A program made the position numbers and the translations under genes. Shown here piece after piece: positions 18,867-27,647 of a DNA stretch of 49,490 nucleotides; positions within the stretch are counted from its first letter, which is position 1, and the number at the start of each line of letters is the position of its first letter. The stretch is from an uncultured Bacilli bacterium (GTDB lineage: Bacteria > Bacillota_I > Bacilli_A > RF39 > UBA660). The DNA is taken from the NCBI GenBank assembly GCA_944350305.1, contig CALVOO010000002.1:1-49490 (forward strand). Reading direction: 5' to 3'. Below the pieces are notes generated by a model, which saw nothing but the letters and a program-made list of their open reading frames with translations, was not told the origin of the DNA and searched no databases.

Positions 18867-20014
18867 TGAGAAAAAAAATAAGTTTCATTATAGTAGCAAT
18901 GGTAGTTGCATTAACAATACCACTTAGAAACATTGAAGCTAAAACATTAAGAGATTATATAACAGAAGTAGAAGGCATGATAAAAGAATTAGAAAACTAT
19001 GATGAAGAAAGAGCAGAAGCACAAGCAAGGGCAAAAGAAAAAGAACAAGAAATTGCTGAAAAATATGCAAATATAGAAAAATACAGTTTAAGAATACAAG
19101 AAGCAAAAAAAGAAATAGAAGATACGCAAAAAACAATAGAAGAAAAAGAGCAAGAAATAAAAGAACTATTGTCATTTTTACAAATTACAAATGGAGAAAA
19201 CGTATATTTAGAATACGTATTTGGTGCGACAGATTTCACAGATTTCATATTTAGAACAGCAATAGTGGAGCAACTAAGTAACCATAACGACGAATTAATT
19301 GTAGAAATGAACGAATTAATTGTCAAACTAGAAGAAGAACAAAAACAACTAGAAATAGAAACAAAAAACGAAGAAAAAGCAATAGCTGAGCAAAACAAAT
19401 TACTTGCGCAGATAAATGTAGAAATAGAAGATTTATCAGACATATATACAGATAAGGAAGCACAAGTAAAAGGGCTAGAAGAAGAAATAGAATATCTTAG
19501 AAATGCTGGTTGTGAAATGGATGAAGATATAACAGTATGTTTAGGAGTCCCATATGCTTCAGGATTCTATTTACCTGTAAAAACAGGTATCGTAACAAGC
19601 GAATTCGGTTATAGAGTAGACCCATTAACAGGAGCGGGGTATGTATACCATAAAGGAATAGATATAGCATTAGCAGACTGGAACCCAGTATATGCCGCTG
19701 CATCTGGTACAGTAGGAACAATAGTTAGAAAAGCAAGTTGTGGTGGAAACATAGTTTACGTTAAACACCTAATAGATGGAAAAGAATACACAACTAGATA
19801 CTTACACTTATCATCAATAGAAGTTTCAACAGGGGACACAGTAACAATAAACACAATAATTGGATATAGTGGTGGAGGATGGACCGGCAAAAGACAAGGC
19901 GGATATGACGCATGTACAACAGGGGCACACCTACACTTTGAAATTAACACAGGATGGACTAACATACAACCACAAAATCCTAGAAATTACTTATATTTCC
20001 CAAGTAGGTGGTAG
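18866..20014 (+). CDS. secreted coiled-coil + M23 peptidase (EnvC/PcsB-like partner of FtsEX)
   Basis: Signal peptide, about 190 aa of E/K-rich coiled coil, and a C-terminal M23 domain (HKGIDIA, HLHFEI). The start overlaps the ftsX stop by 1 nt. Confidence 0.8.
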   Translation: MRKKISFIIVAMVVALTIPLRNIEAKTLRDYITEVEGMIKELENYDEERAEAQARAKEKEQEIAEKYANIEKYSLRIQEAKKEIEDTQKTIEEKEQEIKELLSFLQITNGENVYLEYVFGATDFTDFIFRTAIVEQLSNHNDELIVEMNELIVKLEEEQKQLEIETKNEEKAIAEQNKLLAQINVEIEDLSDIYTDKEAQVKGLEEEIEYLRNAGCEMDEDITVCLGVPYASGFYLPVKTGIVTSEFGYRVDPLTGAGYVYHKGIDIALADWNPVYAAASGTVGTIVRKASCGGNIVYVKHLIDGKEYTTRYLHLSSIEVSTGDTVTINTIIGYSGGGWTGKRQGGYDACTTGAHLHFEINTGWTNIQPQNPRNYLYFPSRW

Positions 20015-20015
20015 A

Positions 20016-20936
20016 ATGTCATACACAACAAATATAAAAAATGAAATAATTAATAACTATTACACACTAGAAGAAAACATGGCCGAACTATCGGCCATTC
20101 TTAATATTGAAGCAGAAATAGGAAAAAAAGATATAAAAGTTTATACAGAAAACATAGGTGTATCAAGAAGAATATATACATTGATAAAAGAAACATACGC
20201 GATTAATCCAATAATGACCAAAAGCAAAATTAATAGACTTGGAAAAAAATATTTAATAGAAATACTAATAAACGAAAAAAAAGATTTCATTTTAAAAGAT
20301 CTAAGTATAACAGATGAAAACGGAAAAAGATTGCACAGTCCAAAAAATTATCTAATTGATACAGAAGAAGAAAAAAAAGCATATCTTCGAGGGGCTTTTA
20401 TGATATGTGGAAGTATAAACGATCCAAAAACATCAAGATATCACGCAGAATTTATAATACGCAACAAAAAAGCAGCAAATTATATTTCATCACTACTAAA
20501 ATCATTAAATTATAACAGCAGAATATTAAAAAGAGAAAAACATTACATGGTATATATAAAAGAAGCAGAAAGTATAAGTGATTTCATAAAACTACTAAAC
20601 GCGACAAACTCATTATTTTATTATGAAGATATAAGAATATATAGAGACCATAAAAACATGACCAACAGATTAAACAACTGTGAACAAGCAAACATAGAAA
20701 AAATAATAAACACATCAAACGTACAATTAGAAAACATAAAAAAACTAAAAGAAAAAGTGGATTTTGATCTTTTAGATGACAGAATAAAAGACATATGCAT
20801 ATATAAAGAAAAATATCCTGAAAGTTCAATGCAAGAACTAGCAGAAATAATAAGCAGTGAAACAGGAAAACCAATAACAAAAAGTGGAATAAATCATAGA
20901 TTTAGAAAAATAAGTGAAATAGTGAACAAAGATTAG
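20016..20936 (+). CDS. whiA: DNA-binding protein WhiA
   Basis: [12 protein letters not shown]...AELSAIL N-terminus, a LAGLIDADG-like middle region ([16 protein letters not shown]) and a C-terminal HTH. The ATG at 20016 follows SD AGGTGG. The track ORF from 19860 is an overlap artefact. Confidence 0.9.
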   Translation: MSYTTNIKNEIINNYYTLEENMAELSAILNIEAEIGKKDIKVYTENIGVSRRIYTLIKETYAINPIMTKSKINRLGKKYLIEILINEKKDFILKDLSITDENGKRLHSPKNYLIDTEEEKKAYLRGAFMICGSINDPKTSRYHAEFIIRNKKAANYISSLLKSLNYNSRILKREKHYMVYIKEAESISDFIKLLNATNSLFYYEDIRIYRDHKNMTNRLNNCEQANIEKIINTSNVQLENIKKLKEKVDFDLLDDRIKDICIYKEKYPESSMQELAEIISSETGKPITKSGINHRFRKISEIVNKD

Positions 20937-21529
20937 TCACTATTTTTCTTTGACAAAATTTCATCAACAATACCATAATCTAAGGCCTCATCAGCATCCA
21001 TAAAATAATCTCTTTCAGTATCCCTCTTAATTTTAGATAAACTTTGTTTAGTATTACTGCTAAGTAACCTATTCATTTTATCTTTAAGTTTCAAAATACG
21101 TTCAGCAGCAATTTGAATTTCAGTAGCTTGCCCTTGAGCACCACCAATAGGTTGATGAATCATAACCTCACTATTCAAAAGTGCATACCTTTTACCTTTA
21201 GTACCACTTGAAAGCAAGAAAGCAGCCATAGAAGCACACATACCAACACATATAGTACACACATCATTATCAATAAAATTCATAGTATCATAAATAGCCA
21301 TTCCTGCAGTAACACTACCACCAGGACTATTAATATACATATAAATATCATCACTATTTTGACTATTCAAATATAAAAGTTCAGCAATAATAATATTGGC
21401 CTTATCATCAGTAATTTCGCCATCAAGCAAAATAATATTATCTTGTAAAAGTCTAGAATACAAATCATACGCTTTTTCACCAGTACTACTTTTTTCAATA
21501 ACAGTAGGAATAATATTCAAATCAATCAC
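20933..21529 (-). CDS. clpP: ATP-dependent Clp protease proteolytic subunit
   Basis: YDLYSRLL, catalytic Ser context GMCASMAA and His context MIHQP. 198 aa. Confidence 0.95.
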   Translation of the reverse strand: MIDLNIIPTVIEKSSTGEKAYDLYSRLLQDNIILLDGEITDDKANIIIAELLYLNSQNSDDIYMYINSPGGSVTAGMAIYDTMNFIDNDVCTICVGMCASMAAFLLSSGTKGKRYALLNSEVMIHQPIGGAQGQATEIQIAAERILKLKDKMNRLLSSNTKQSLSKIKRDTERDYFMDADEALDYGIVDEILSKKNSD

Positions 21530-21656
21530 CTAAAACTATATTAGGTAAAAAAACACAAAAATATTCAAAAAAATTAAAAAACATTTATTACAAATTATGA
21601 CTTTTTTAAAATATAGATCTATGATAAAATACTATTAGAATAGAAGGTGGCAAAAG

Positions 21657-23309
21657 GTGAAAGAAAATATAATAATAACAATAAAAAATATAGATAAATT
21701 TATAATAAAAGAAAATTCTACAATAAAAGAATTATTAAAGCAAGTAGAAAATACAGAAGACGTAATAGCTGCTACAATAAACGGAGAAGTAGTAGAACTT
21801 TCACATGAACTAACAAAAGACACAGAACTAACTTTAATAAGAACAAAAGACCGAATAGGAAGAAAAATATATAGAAGTGGCTTAAAATACCTTTACATAA
21901 CAGCAATAAAAGAATTATATGGTGCAGAAACAAACGTATCACTATTACATTCAATAGACAAAGGAATTTACACATATTTAGATAAAGAAAACATAACAGA
22001 TGAAACAATAAACGAAATAAAAGAAAAGATGAGAGAATTAGTAGAAAAAGATTTACCTATAGAAAGAGTTAGCACATCAAGAAAAAGTGCAATAAAATAT
22101 TTTGAAAGCATAAATGAAACAGAAAAAGTAGAAAGTTATAAACAAATGAGTTCAGAATTTGTAACACTATATGAACTACTCGAATACTACAACTACTTCT
22201 ACTATTTCATGCCGATAAGCACAGGAATACTAAAAGAATTTGATTTAACAAGATTAAACTCACATGGAATAGTTTTGCGTTACCCAAGTGACTTAGATAA
22301 CAAAATACCAAAATATAATAACGTTCCTGCAGTATTAAACGAATTTAATACATATCGAGAATGGTGCGAACTAGTAAAAATAAGATACTTGAGCGACATA
22401 AATAACATAGTAATAAACAGTAAAATTAGAGAATTTATACAACTAAATGAAATGAGACAAAACGAAGATTTAAGAAAAATTGGTGATTATATAACTGAAA
22501 ACAAAAACAAATTAAAACTAATATTAATAGGAGGACCATCAAGTTCAGGAAAAACAACAACATCCAAAAAAATAGCACTTGAACTAAAAGCAAGAGGAAT
22601 AAATCCATTTATACTATCCGTAGACGATTACTTTTTAAATAGAAATGAAACACCAAGAGACAGTGAAGGAAATTACGAATACGACATTATAGAAGCAATA
22701 GATATTAACTTATTTAACGAACACCTAACAAAATTACTAAACGGAGAAAGTGTAAAAATACCATCATATAACTTTGTAACAGGAGAAAAAGAATACAAAA
22801 AACCAAGTGTATCATTAAAAGATAGAGATATGATAATAATAGAAGGATTACACACATTAAATGAAAAACTTACAAACAGTATAAAAAGAGAAAATAAATT
22901 AAAAATATATATTAGTCCATTTACACCTTTAGGATTAGACAGACACAATCACATATCAACGGTAGACATGAGACTAATTAGAAGAATGGTAAGAGACAAC
23001 TCAAAAAGAGGGTATAATGCAGAAACAACTTTAAAAAACTGGCGAATAGTTAGACGAGCAGAAGAAAAATACGTATTTCCATATCAAAACGAAGCAGACA
23101 TAGTATTCAATACAGCATTAATATATGAAATTGGAATACTAAAAACATATGCAATACCTTTGCTATATTCAGTAAAAGTAGATAGTGAATATTATGAAGA
23201 AGCATTAAGACTTATAAATTTCTTGAAAGGATTTTTTAACATACCAGTAGATATATTACCAAATACAAGCGTATTAAGAGAATTTGTTGGAAATAGTTAT
23301 TTTGAATAG
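21657..23309 (+). CDS. uridine kinase/phosphoribulokinase-family nucleoside kinase with long N-terminal TGS/ThrRS-like extension
   Basis: P-loop GGPSSSGKTTTSKK at about aa 295, followed by a PRK/uridine-kinase-like C-terminal half. The ~280-aa N-terminal region has a ubiquitin-like start (ITIKN..INGEVVELSHEL). GTG start with SD GAAGGTGG. Confidence 0.65.
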   Translation: MKENIIITIKNIDKFIIKENSTIKELLKQVENTEDVIAATINGEVVELSHELTKDTELTLIRTKDRIGRKIYRSGLKYLYITAIKELYGAETNVSLLHSIDKGIYTYLDKENITDETINEIKEKMRELVEKDLPIERVSTSRKSAIKYFESINETEKVESYKQMSSEFVTLYELLEYYNYFYYFMPISTGILKEFDLTRLNSHGIVLRYPSDLDNKIPKYNNVPAVLNEFNTYREWCELVKIRYLSDINNIVINSKIREFIQLNEMRQNEDLRKIGDYITENKNKLKLILIGGPSSSGKTTTSKKIALELKARGINPFILSVDDYFLNRNETPRDSEGNYEYDIIEAIDINLFNEHLTKLLNGESVKIPSYNFVTGEKEYKKPSVSLKDRDMIIIEGLHTLNEKLTNSIKRENKLKIYISPFTPLGLDRHNHISTVDMRLIRRMVRDNSKRGYNAETTLKNWRIVRRAEEKYVFPYQNEADIVFNTALIYEIGILKTYAIPLLYSVKVDSEYYEEALRLINFLKGFFNIPVDILPNTSVLREFVGNSYFE

Positions 23310-23319
23310 GAGGAAAATA

Positions 23320-24312
23320 ATGAAAAGAATAGCAATTAACGGTTTTGGAAGAATAGGAAGAACGGCATTAAGATTAATAACAAAAATAGAAAATATTGAA
23401 GTTGTTGCAATCAATGATTTAACTGATCCATTACAACTAGCATATTTATATAAGTACGATTCAGTACATAGAACAATAGAAGACAAAGTTACCTATGAAG
23501 ATGATTCAATAATAATTAATGGAAAACCAATAAAAGTATATAAAGAAAGTGATCCATCTAAGTTACCATGGAAAGAACTTAATATCGACATAGTTTTAGA
23601 ATGTACTGGTGTTTTCACATCAAAAGAAAAATGCCAAGCACACATAGATGCCGGAGCAAAAAAAGTAATAATAAGTGCGCCTGCAAAAGACGATGCAAAA
23701 ACAATCGTTTATAACGTAAATGATGAAATATTAGAAGATACAGACCAAATAATAAGTTGTGCATCATGTACCACTAACTGTCTAGCGCCTGTAGTTAATT
23801 TATTGCACAAAAACTATGGAATAGAAAAAGGATTCATGTCTACAGTGCATGCAATGACAAATGACCAAGAAACATTAGACATACCACATAAAAAAGGAAT
23901 AGAAAGTAGAAGAGGAAGAGCTGCTTCACTAAACATAATACCAACTTCAACGGGTGCTGCTTCACAAATTGGAAAAGTAATCCCAGAATTAAACGGATTA
24001 CTTGACGGAGTAGCATTTAGAGTACCGGTTGGCGATGGCTCATTATTAGATATAACAGTAGAATTAAAAAACAAAGCAACAAAAGAAGAAATAAACAAAA
24101 TGTTTAAAGAAAACCAAAACGAAACAATAAAAATCACAAATGCCCCTATAGTGAGTAGTGATATAATTGGTAATGAAGCTGGAGCAATAGTAGATGCAGC
24201 ATTAACAAATATAATAGAAAAAGATGACAAAGTATTAGCAAAAGTTGTAGCTTGGTATGACAACGAAGTTGGTTATACAGCGCAAATGATAAGAACAATT
24301 TCTAAAATTTGA
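23320..24312 (+). CDS. gap: type I glyceraldehyde-3-phosphate dehydrogenase
   Basis: INGFGRIGR Rossmann motif and the active site SCTTNCLAP. ATG at 23320 after TAGGAGGA. Confidence 0.95.
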   Translation: MKRIAINGFGRIGRTALRLITKIENIEVVAINDLTDPLQLAYLYKYDSVHRTIEDKVTYEDDSIIINGKPIKVYKESDPSKLPWKELNIDIVLECTGVFTSKEKCQAHIDAGAKKVIISAPAKDDAKTIVYNVNDEILEDTDQIISCASCTTNCLAPVVNLLHKNYGIEKGFMSTVHAMTNDQETLDIPHKKGIESRRGRAASLNIIPTSTGAASQIGKVIPELNGLLDGVAFRVPVGDGSLLDITVELKNKATKEEINKMFKENQNETIKITNAPIVSSDIIGNEAGAIVDAALTNIIEKDDKVLAKVVAWYDNEVGYTAQMIRTISKI

Positions 24313-24322
24313 TGATCGAACC

Positions 24323-24349
24323 AAACTATTGAATGAACAATAGTTTTTT
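24323..24349 (+). terminator. rho-independent terminator after gap
   Basis: AAACTATTG (24323-24331), loop AATGAA, CAATAGTTT (24338-24346), then a T run. Confidence 0.7.
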
Positions 24350-24609
24350 CTTTAAAAATCTACTTTACACTGATTTTACAATTTCTAAGAAAAGTAATAT
24401 AAAAAGATTAAAAATTATAAAAAACAAAATAATATATTAATCATTATCCTTTACATTTAACGCAAAAAAGTAAGAAAATCACAAAGTAACAACAAAACGT
24501 ATAAAAATGTAAATAAATAAAAGAGTCTATAAATAATTTAGTTAATAATAATAGTAGAAACAATAATAAAAATTAAAAAAAAGTAAAAACTAATTTAAGG
24601 AGGTTTCTA

Positions 24610-24792
24610 ATGAAAGATGAATTTGAAAGAGGGTTGGAAAAAGGCGTTGAATTAGGAGAGATGAACGAAAAAGTCAGAATTGCAATAAAACTATTAAAAA
24701 TAGGAATGAAAATAGAAGAAGTAAAAGAAGTAACAGGATTAAAAATAAAAGACATAAAAAACATAAAAAATGATTTGACAGAAGAAAACTAA
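24610..24792 (+). CDS. small helical protein resembling the C-terminal tail of Rpn/YhgA-like PD-(D/E)XK nucleases
   Basis: 60 aa with a strong SD (AAGGAGG). ERGLEKGVELGEMNEKVRIAIKLLKIGMKIEEVKEVTGLKIKDIKNI fits the pattern (E/K)G.EKG.E.G....IA..LLK.GM..EEI.E.TGL..EEI that I associate with the C-termini of Rpn-family proteins. Confidence 0.5.
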   Translation: MKDEFERGLEKGVELGEMNEKVRIAIKLLKIGMKIEEVKEVTGLKIKDIKNIKNDLTEEN

Positions 24793-24843
24793 AAAATAGA
24801 AAAAAATCAAACAATGATTTATAATAATAATAGTGGTGAAAAA

Positions 24844-25983
24844 ATGAAAAAAATAACAGATTTAAATTTAGAAGAAAAAAAAGTTATAGTAAGAGTAGAC
24901 TATAACGTTCCTATGAAAGATGGAACTGTAACTGATGACAATAGAATAAAAGAAAGTTTAGAAACAATAAATTATCTAATTAAAAAAAACTGCAAAATAA
25001 TATTACTATCACATTTAGGAAAAGTTAAAACTAAAGAAGATTTAGAGAAAAATACATTAATGCCTGTTAAAAAAGTTTTGGAAAAATTATTGAATAAAGA
25101 TATAATTTTTTCAAAAGAATTAAAGGGAAAAGAACTAGAAGAAAAAATCAAATTATTAAAAAGTGGAGAAATATTACTTTTAGAAAACACAAGATACATG
25201 GATTATCCAGACAAATTAGAAAGTAATTGTGATAAAGAACTATCGAAATACTGGGCATCTTTAGCTGATGTTTTCATAATGGATGCGTTTGGGTCAGCAC
25301 ACCGAGCACACACTTCTACAGTTGGAATAGCAAAATATATACCAAGTGCAGCTGGTTTTTTAGTCATAAAAGAAATAGAAAAACTTAATGAAATAAAAAC
25401 AGAAGATAAGACATTATTACTAGGCGGAGCAAAAGTAAGTGATAAAATAGGAGTTATAAAGAACTTAATTAACACTGCAAATTACGTTATAATAGGCGGA
25501 GCAATGTGTGGGACTTTTTTAAAAATTAAAGGATATAATGTTGGACAAACATTTGTTGATAATGAAAAAGATGAATACATAAAAGATTTAGTCAACAATT
25601 ATGAACACAAAATAATTTTACCTGTAGATGTAATGACAGAAAACGGTGAAAAATCTATTAATGAAATAAACGATGATGAAACTATATACGACATTGGCAC
25701 TGAAACAATAAAAATATTTAATGAATATTTATCAAGTGCGAAACTAGTTTTAACCAATGGAACGATGGGTTTATATGAAGACCAAAAATATGAAAAAGGC
25801 ACAAAATATACATTAAAATGTCTGCATGATAATGACATCAAGACAATCGTATGTGGTGGAGATACAGCGAGTGCTGTTAAAAAATTTGGATATAACTTTT
25901 ACTACATTTCAACTGGTGGAGGAGCATCACTAGAATATCTTTCAGGAGAAAAATTACCTGGCTTAGAAGTTTTAGGAGAATAA
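24844..25983 (+). CDS. pgk: phosphoglycerate kinase
   Basis: VRVDYNVP, ILLSHLGK, DAFGSAHRAH and GGGASLE motifs. ATG at 24844 (MKKITDLNL). Confidence 0.95.
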   Translation: MKKITDLNLEEKKVIVRVDYNVPMKDGTVTDDNRIKESLETINYLIKKNCKIILLSHLGKVKTKEDLEKNTLMPVKKVLEKLLNKDIIFSKELKGKELEEKIKLLKSGEILLLENTRYMDYPDKLESNCDKELSKYWASLADVFIMDAFGSAHRAHTSTVGIAKYIPSAAGFLVIKEIEKLNEIKTEDKTLLLGGAKVSDKIGVIKNLINTANYVIIGGAMCGTFLKIKGYNVGQTFVDNEKDEYIKDLVNNYEHKIILPVDVMTENGEKSINEINDDETIYDIGTETIKIFNEYLSSAKLVLTNGTMGLYEDQKYEKGTKYTLKCLHDNDIKTIVCGGDTASAVKKFGYNFYYISTGGGASLEYLSGEKLPGLEVLGE

Positions 25984-25984
25984 A

Positions 25985-26695
25985 ATGAAAAAAATAATTT
26001 TAAATCACAAAAGTTATTTAGGCTACGATGAAACTATAAAATACATTGAAGAAATAAAAAAAATAAAAACAAAAAATATGGAACTAATTATATATCCTTC
26101 AATACCATTTATAGCGCTATACAAAGACATAAAAAACATAGGATCACAAAATTTTTACAGCTATAATTATGGATCTTACACTGGAGAAATAAATTTAGAA
26201 TCATTAAAAAGTATGGGCATAAATTACACATTAATCGGACATAGCGAAAGAAAAAAATACAAATTAGATAACTATGAACAAATTAAAGATAAACTATTTA
26301 AAAGCATAAATGCTGGTTTTGAAACAATTTTATGCGTTGGAGAACTAGAGTATATAAAAAAACCAATTAAATATATATATAAAGAATTAAACTATTTAAT
26401 TAAATCTATAGATTATGACAAATTAAACAAACTAAAAATAGCATACGAACCAAGCTGGGCTATAGGTAGTGGAGAAACACCTGAGATAAGCGAAATAGAA
26501 AAAATAATAACAAATATAAAAAAATACTTTGAAAAAAAATATGACACACACATAGAAGTATATTATGGGGGAAGTGTAGACGAAAAAAATATAAATGAGA
26601 TTTTAAAAATTTCAGATGGAGTAATAATAGGGAAAAAAAGTTCAAATATTAATGAAATAAAAAAAATAATTCAAGAATTTAAAATCAATTCTTAA
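25985..26695 (+). CDS. tpiA: triose-phosphate isomerase
   Basis: IGHSERK and AYEPSWAIGSG catalytic motifs and YGGSV. 236 aa. Confidence 0.9.
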   Translation: MKKIILNHKSYLGYDETIKYIEEIKKIKTKNMELIIYPSIPFIALYKDIKNIGSQNFYSYNYGSYTGEINLESLKSMGINYTLIGHSERKKYKLDNYEQIKDKLFKSINAGFETILCVGELEYIKKPIKYIYKELNYLIKSIDYDKLNKLKIAYEPSWAIGSGETPEISEIEKIITNIKKYFEKKYDTHIEVYYGGSVDEKNINEILKISDGVIIGKKSSNINEIKKIIQEFKINS

Positions 26696-26719
26696 TAAAT
26701 TATGTCAATTAAATAAGTT

Positions 26720-26758
26720 ATCGACAAATAAGACCAAAATTCGACAAAAACAGACAAA
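26720..26758. promoter_or_regulatory. cluster of Spo0A-box-like repeats upstream of spo0A
   Basis: TTCGACA (26740-26746) is the exact reverse complement of the 0A box TGTCGAA. ATCGACA (26720-26726) matches 6/7. CAGACAAA lies at 26751-26758. The repeat (T)CGACAAA is spaced 20 nt and 10 nt apart. TATAAT at 26801-26806. Confidence 0.5.
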
Positions 26759-26829
26759 ACTAGATAAAACCTCTTATGGAAAAAAATATAATTTGTATAT
26801 TATAATATTTTTGGAATAGAGAGGGAAAA

Positions 26830-27594
26830 ATGAAGACAAAATTATTAGTAGTAGATGACAATGTAGCGATGGTAGAATTAATAAAAGAATACTTTCGTGA
26901 AAGCAGTGAAATAGAAGTAACATTAACAGCATATGATGGGGAAGAAGCACTAGAAAAAATATTTGGCGAAGAAGACAATTATGATGTGATAATTTTAGAT
27001 TTAATAATGCCCAAAAAAGATGGATTAAGCGTATTAGAAGAAATAAAAAAATCCAAAAAACACAAAAATATAATAGTTTTAACATCATATAACGAACAAG
27101 ATACAATAAGAAAAGTTGGCGAATATGGAGTAAAATATTTTATATTAAAACCATTTGACTTTAAAGATTTTGAAAAGAAAATACTAGATTTGGTAGAAGG
27201 AAACAAAATGCAATCACAAGTTATTGACCTGCATGACCATAACATACAAATATCAATAACAAAAATATTACACCAATTAGGAATACCATCACACATAAAA
27301 GGATATCAATACATAAGAGAAGCAATATCACTAGTATATACAAATCCAAATTTAATAGGCGGAATCACAAAAGAATTATATCCAGAAATTGGGCATAAAT
27401 ATAAGACATCAGTATCGAGAGTAGAAAGAGCTATAAGACACGCAATAGAAGTTAGCTGGAACCGTGGTGATTGGAGTTTAATGGAAGAAATATTTGGTCA
27501 CAGTGTTGATATAGACAAGGCCAAACCAACAAATTCAGAATTCATTGTAACTATAGCAGACAAACTAAGATTAGAAATGCTAAAAGTTAGCTAG
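26830..27594 (+). CDS. spo0A: sporulation transcription factor Spo0A
   Basis: Receiver domain ([16 protein letters not shown]) plus a Spo0A-specific C-terminal DNA-binding domain ([16 protein letters not shown]...[15 protein letters not shown]). Confidence 0.9.
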   Translation: MKTKLLVVDDNVAMVELIKEYFRESSEIEVTLTAYDGEEALEKIFGEEDNYDVIILDLIMPKKDGLSVLEEIKKSKKHKNIIVLTSYNEQDTIRKVGEYGVKYFILKPFDFKDFEKKILDLVEGNKMQSQVIDLHDHNIQISITKILHQLGIPSHIKGYQYIREAISLVYTNPNLIGGITKELYPEIGHKYKTSVSRVERAIRHAIEVSWNRGDWSLMEEIFGHSVDIDKAKPTNSEFIVTIADKLRLEMLKVS

Positions 27595-27617
27595 TTCTCA
27601 AGTAGAACTTTTTTTTA
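27593..27617 (+). terminator. rho-independent terminator after spo0A
   Basis: AGTTCT (27593-27598), loop CAAGT, AGAACT (27604-27609), then T8. Confidence 0.7.
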
Positions 27618-27647
27618 ATATATGTTAAAATGAAAATGGTGAAATAA

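Noticed and set aside
19860-20015. A 52-codon N-terminal extension of the whiA ORF in the track.
   Set aside because: It overlaps the conserved C-terminus of the M23 peptidase in another frame. WhiA homology starts at [11 protein letters not shown] (ATG 20016), which has its own SD.
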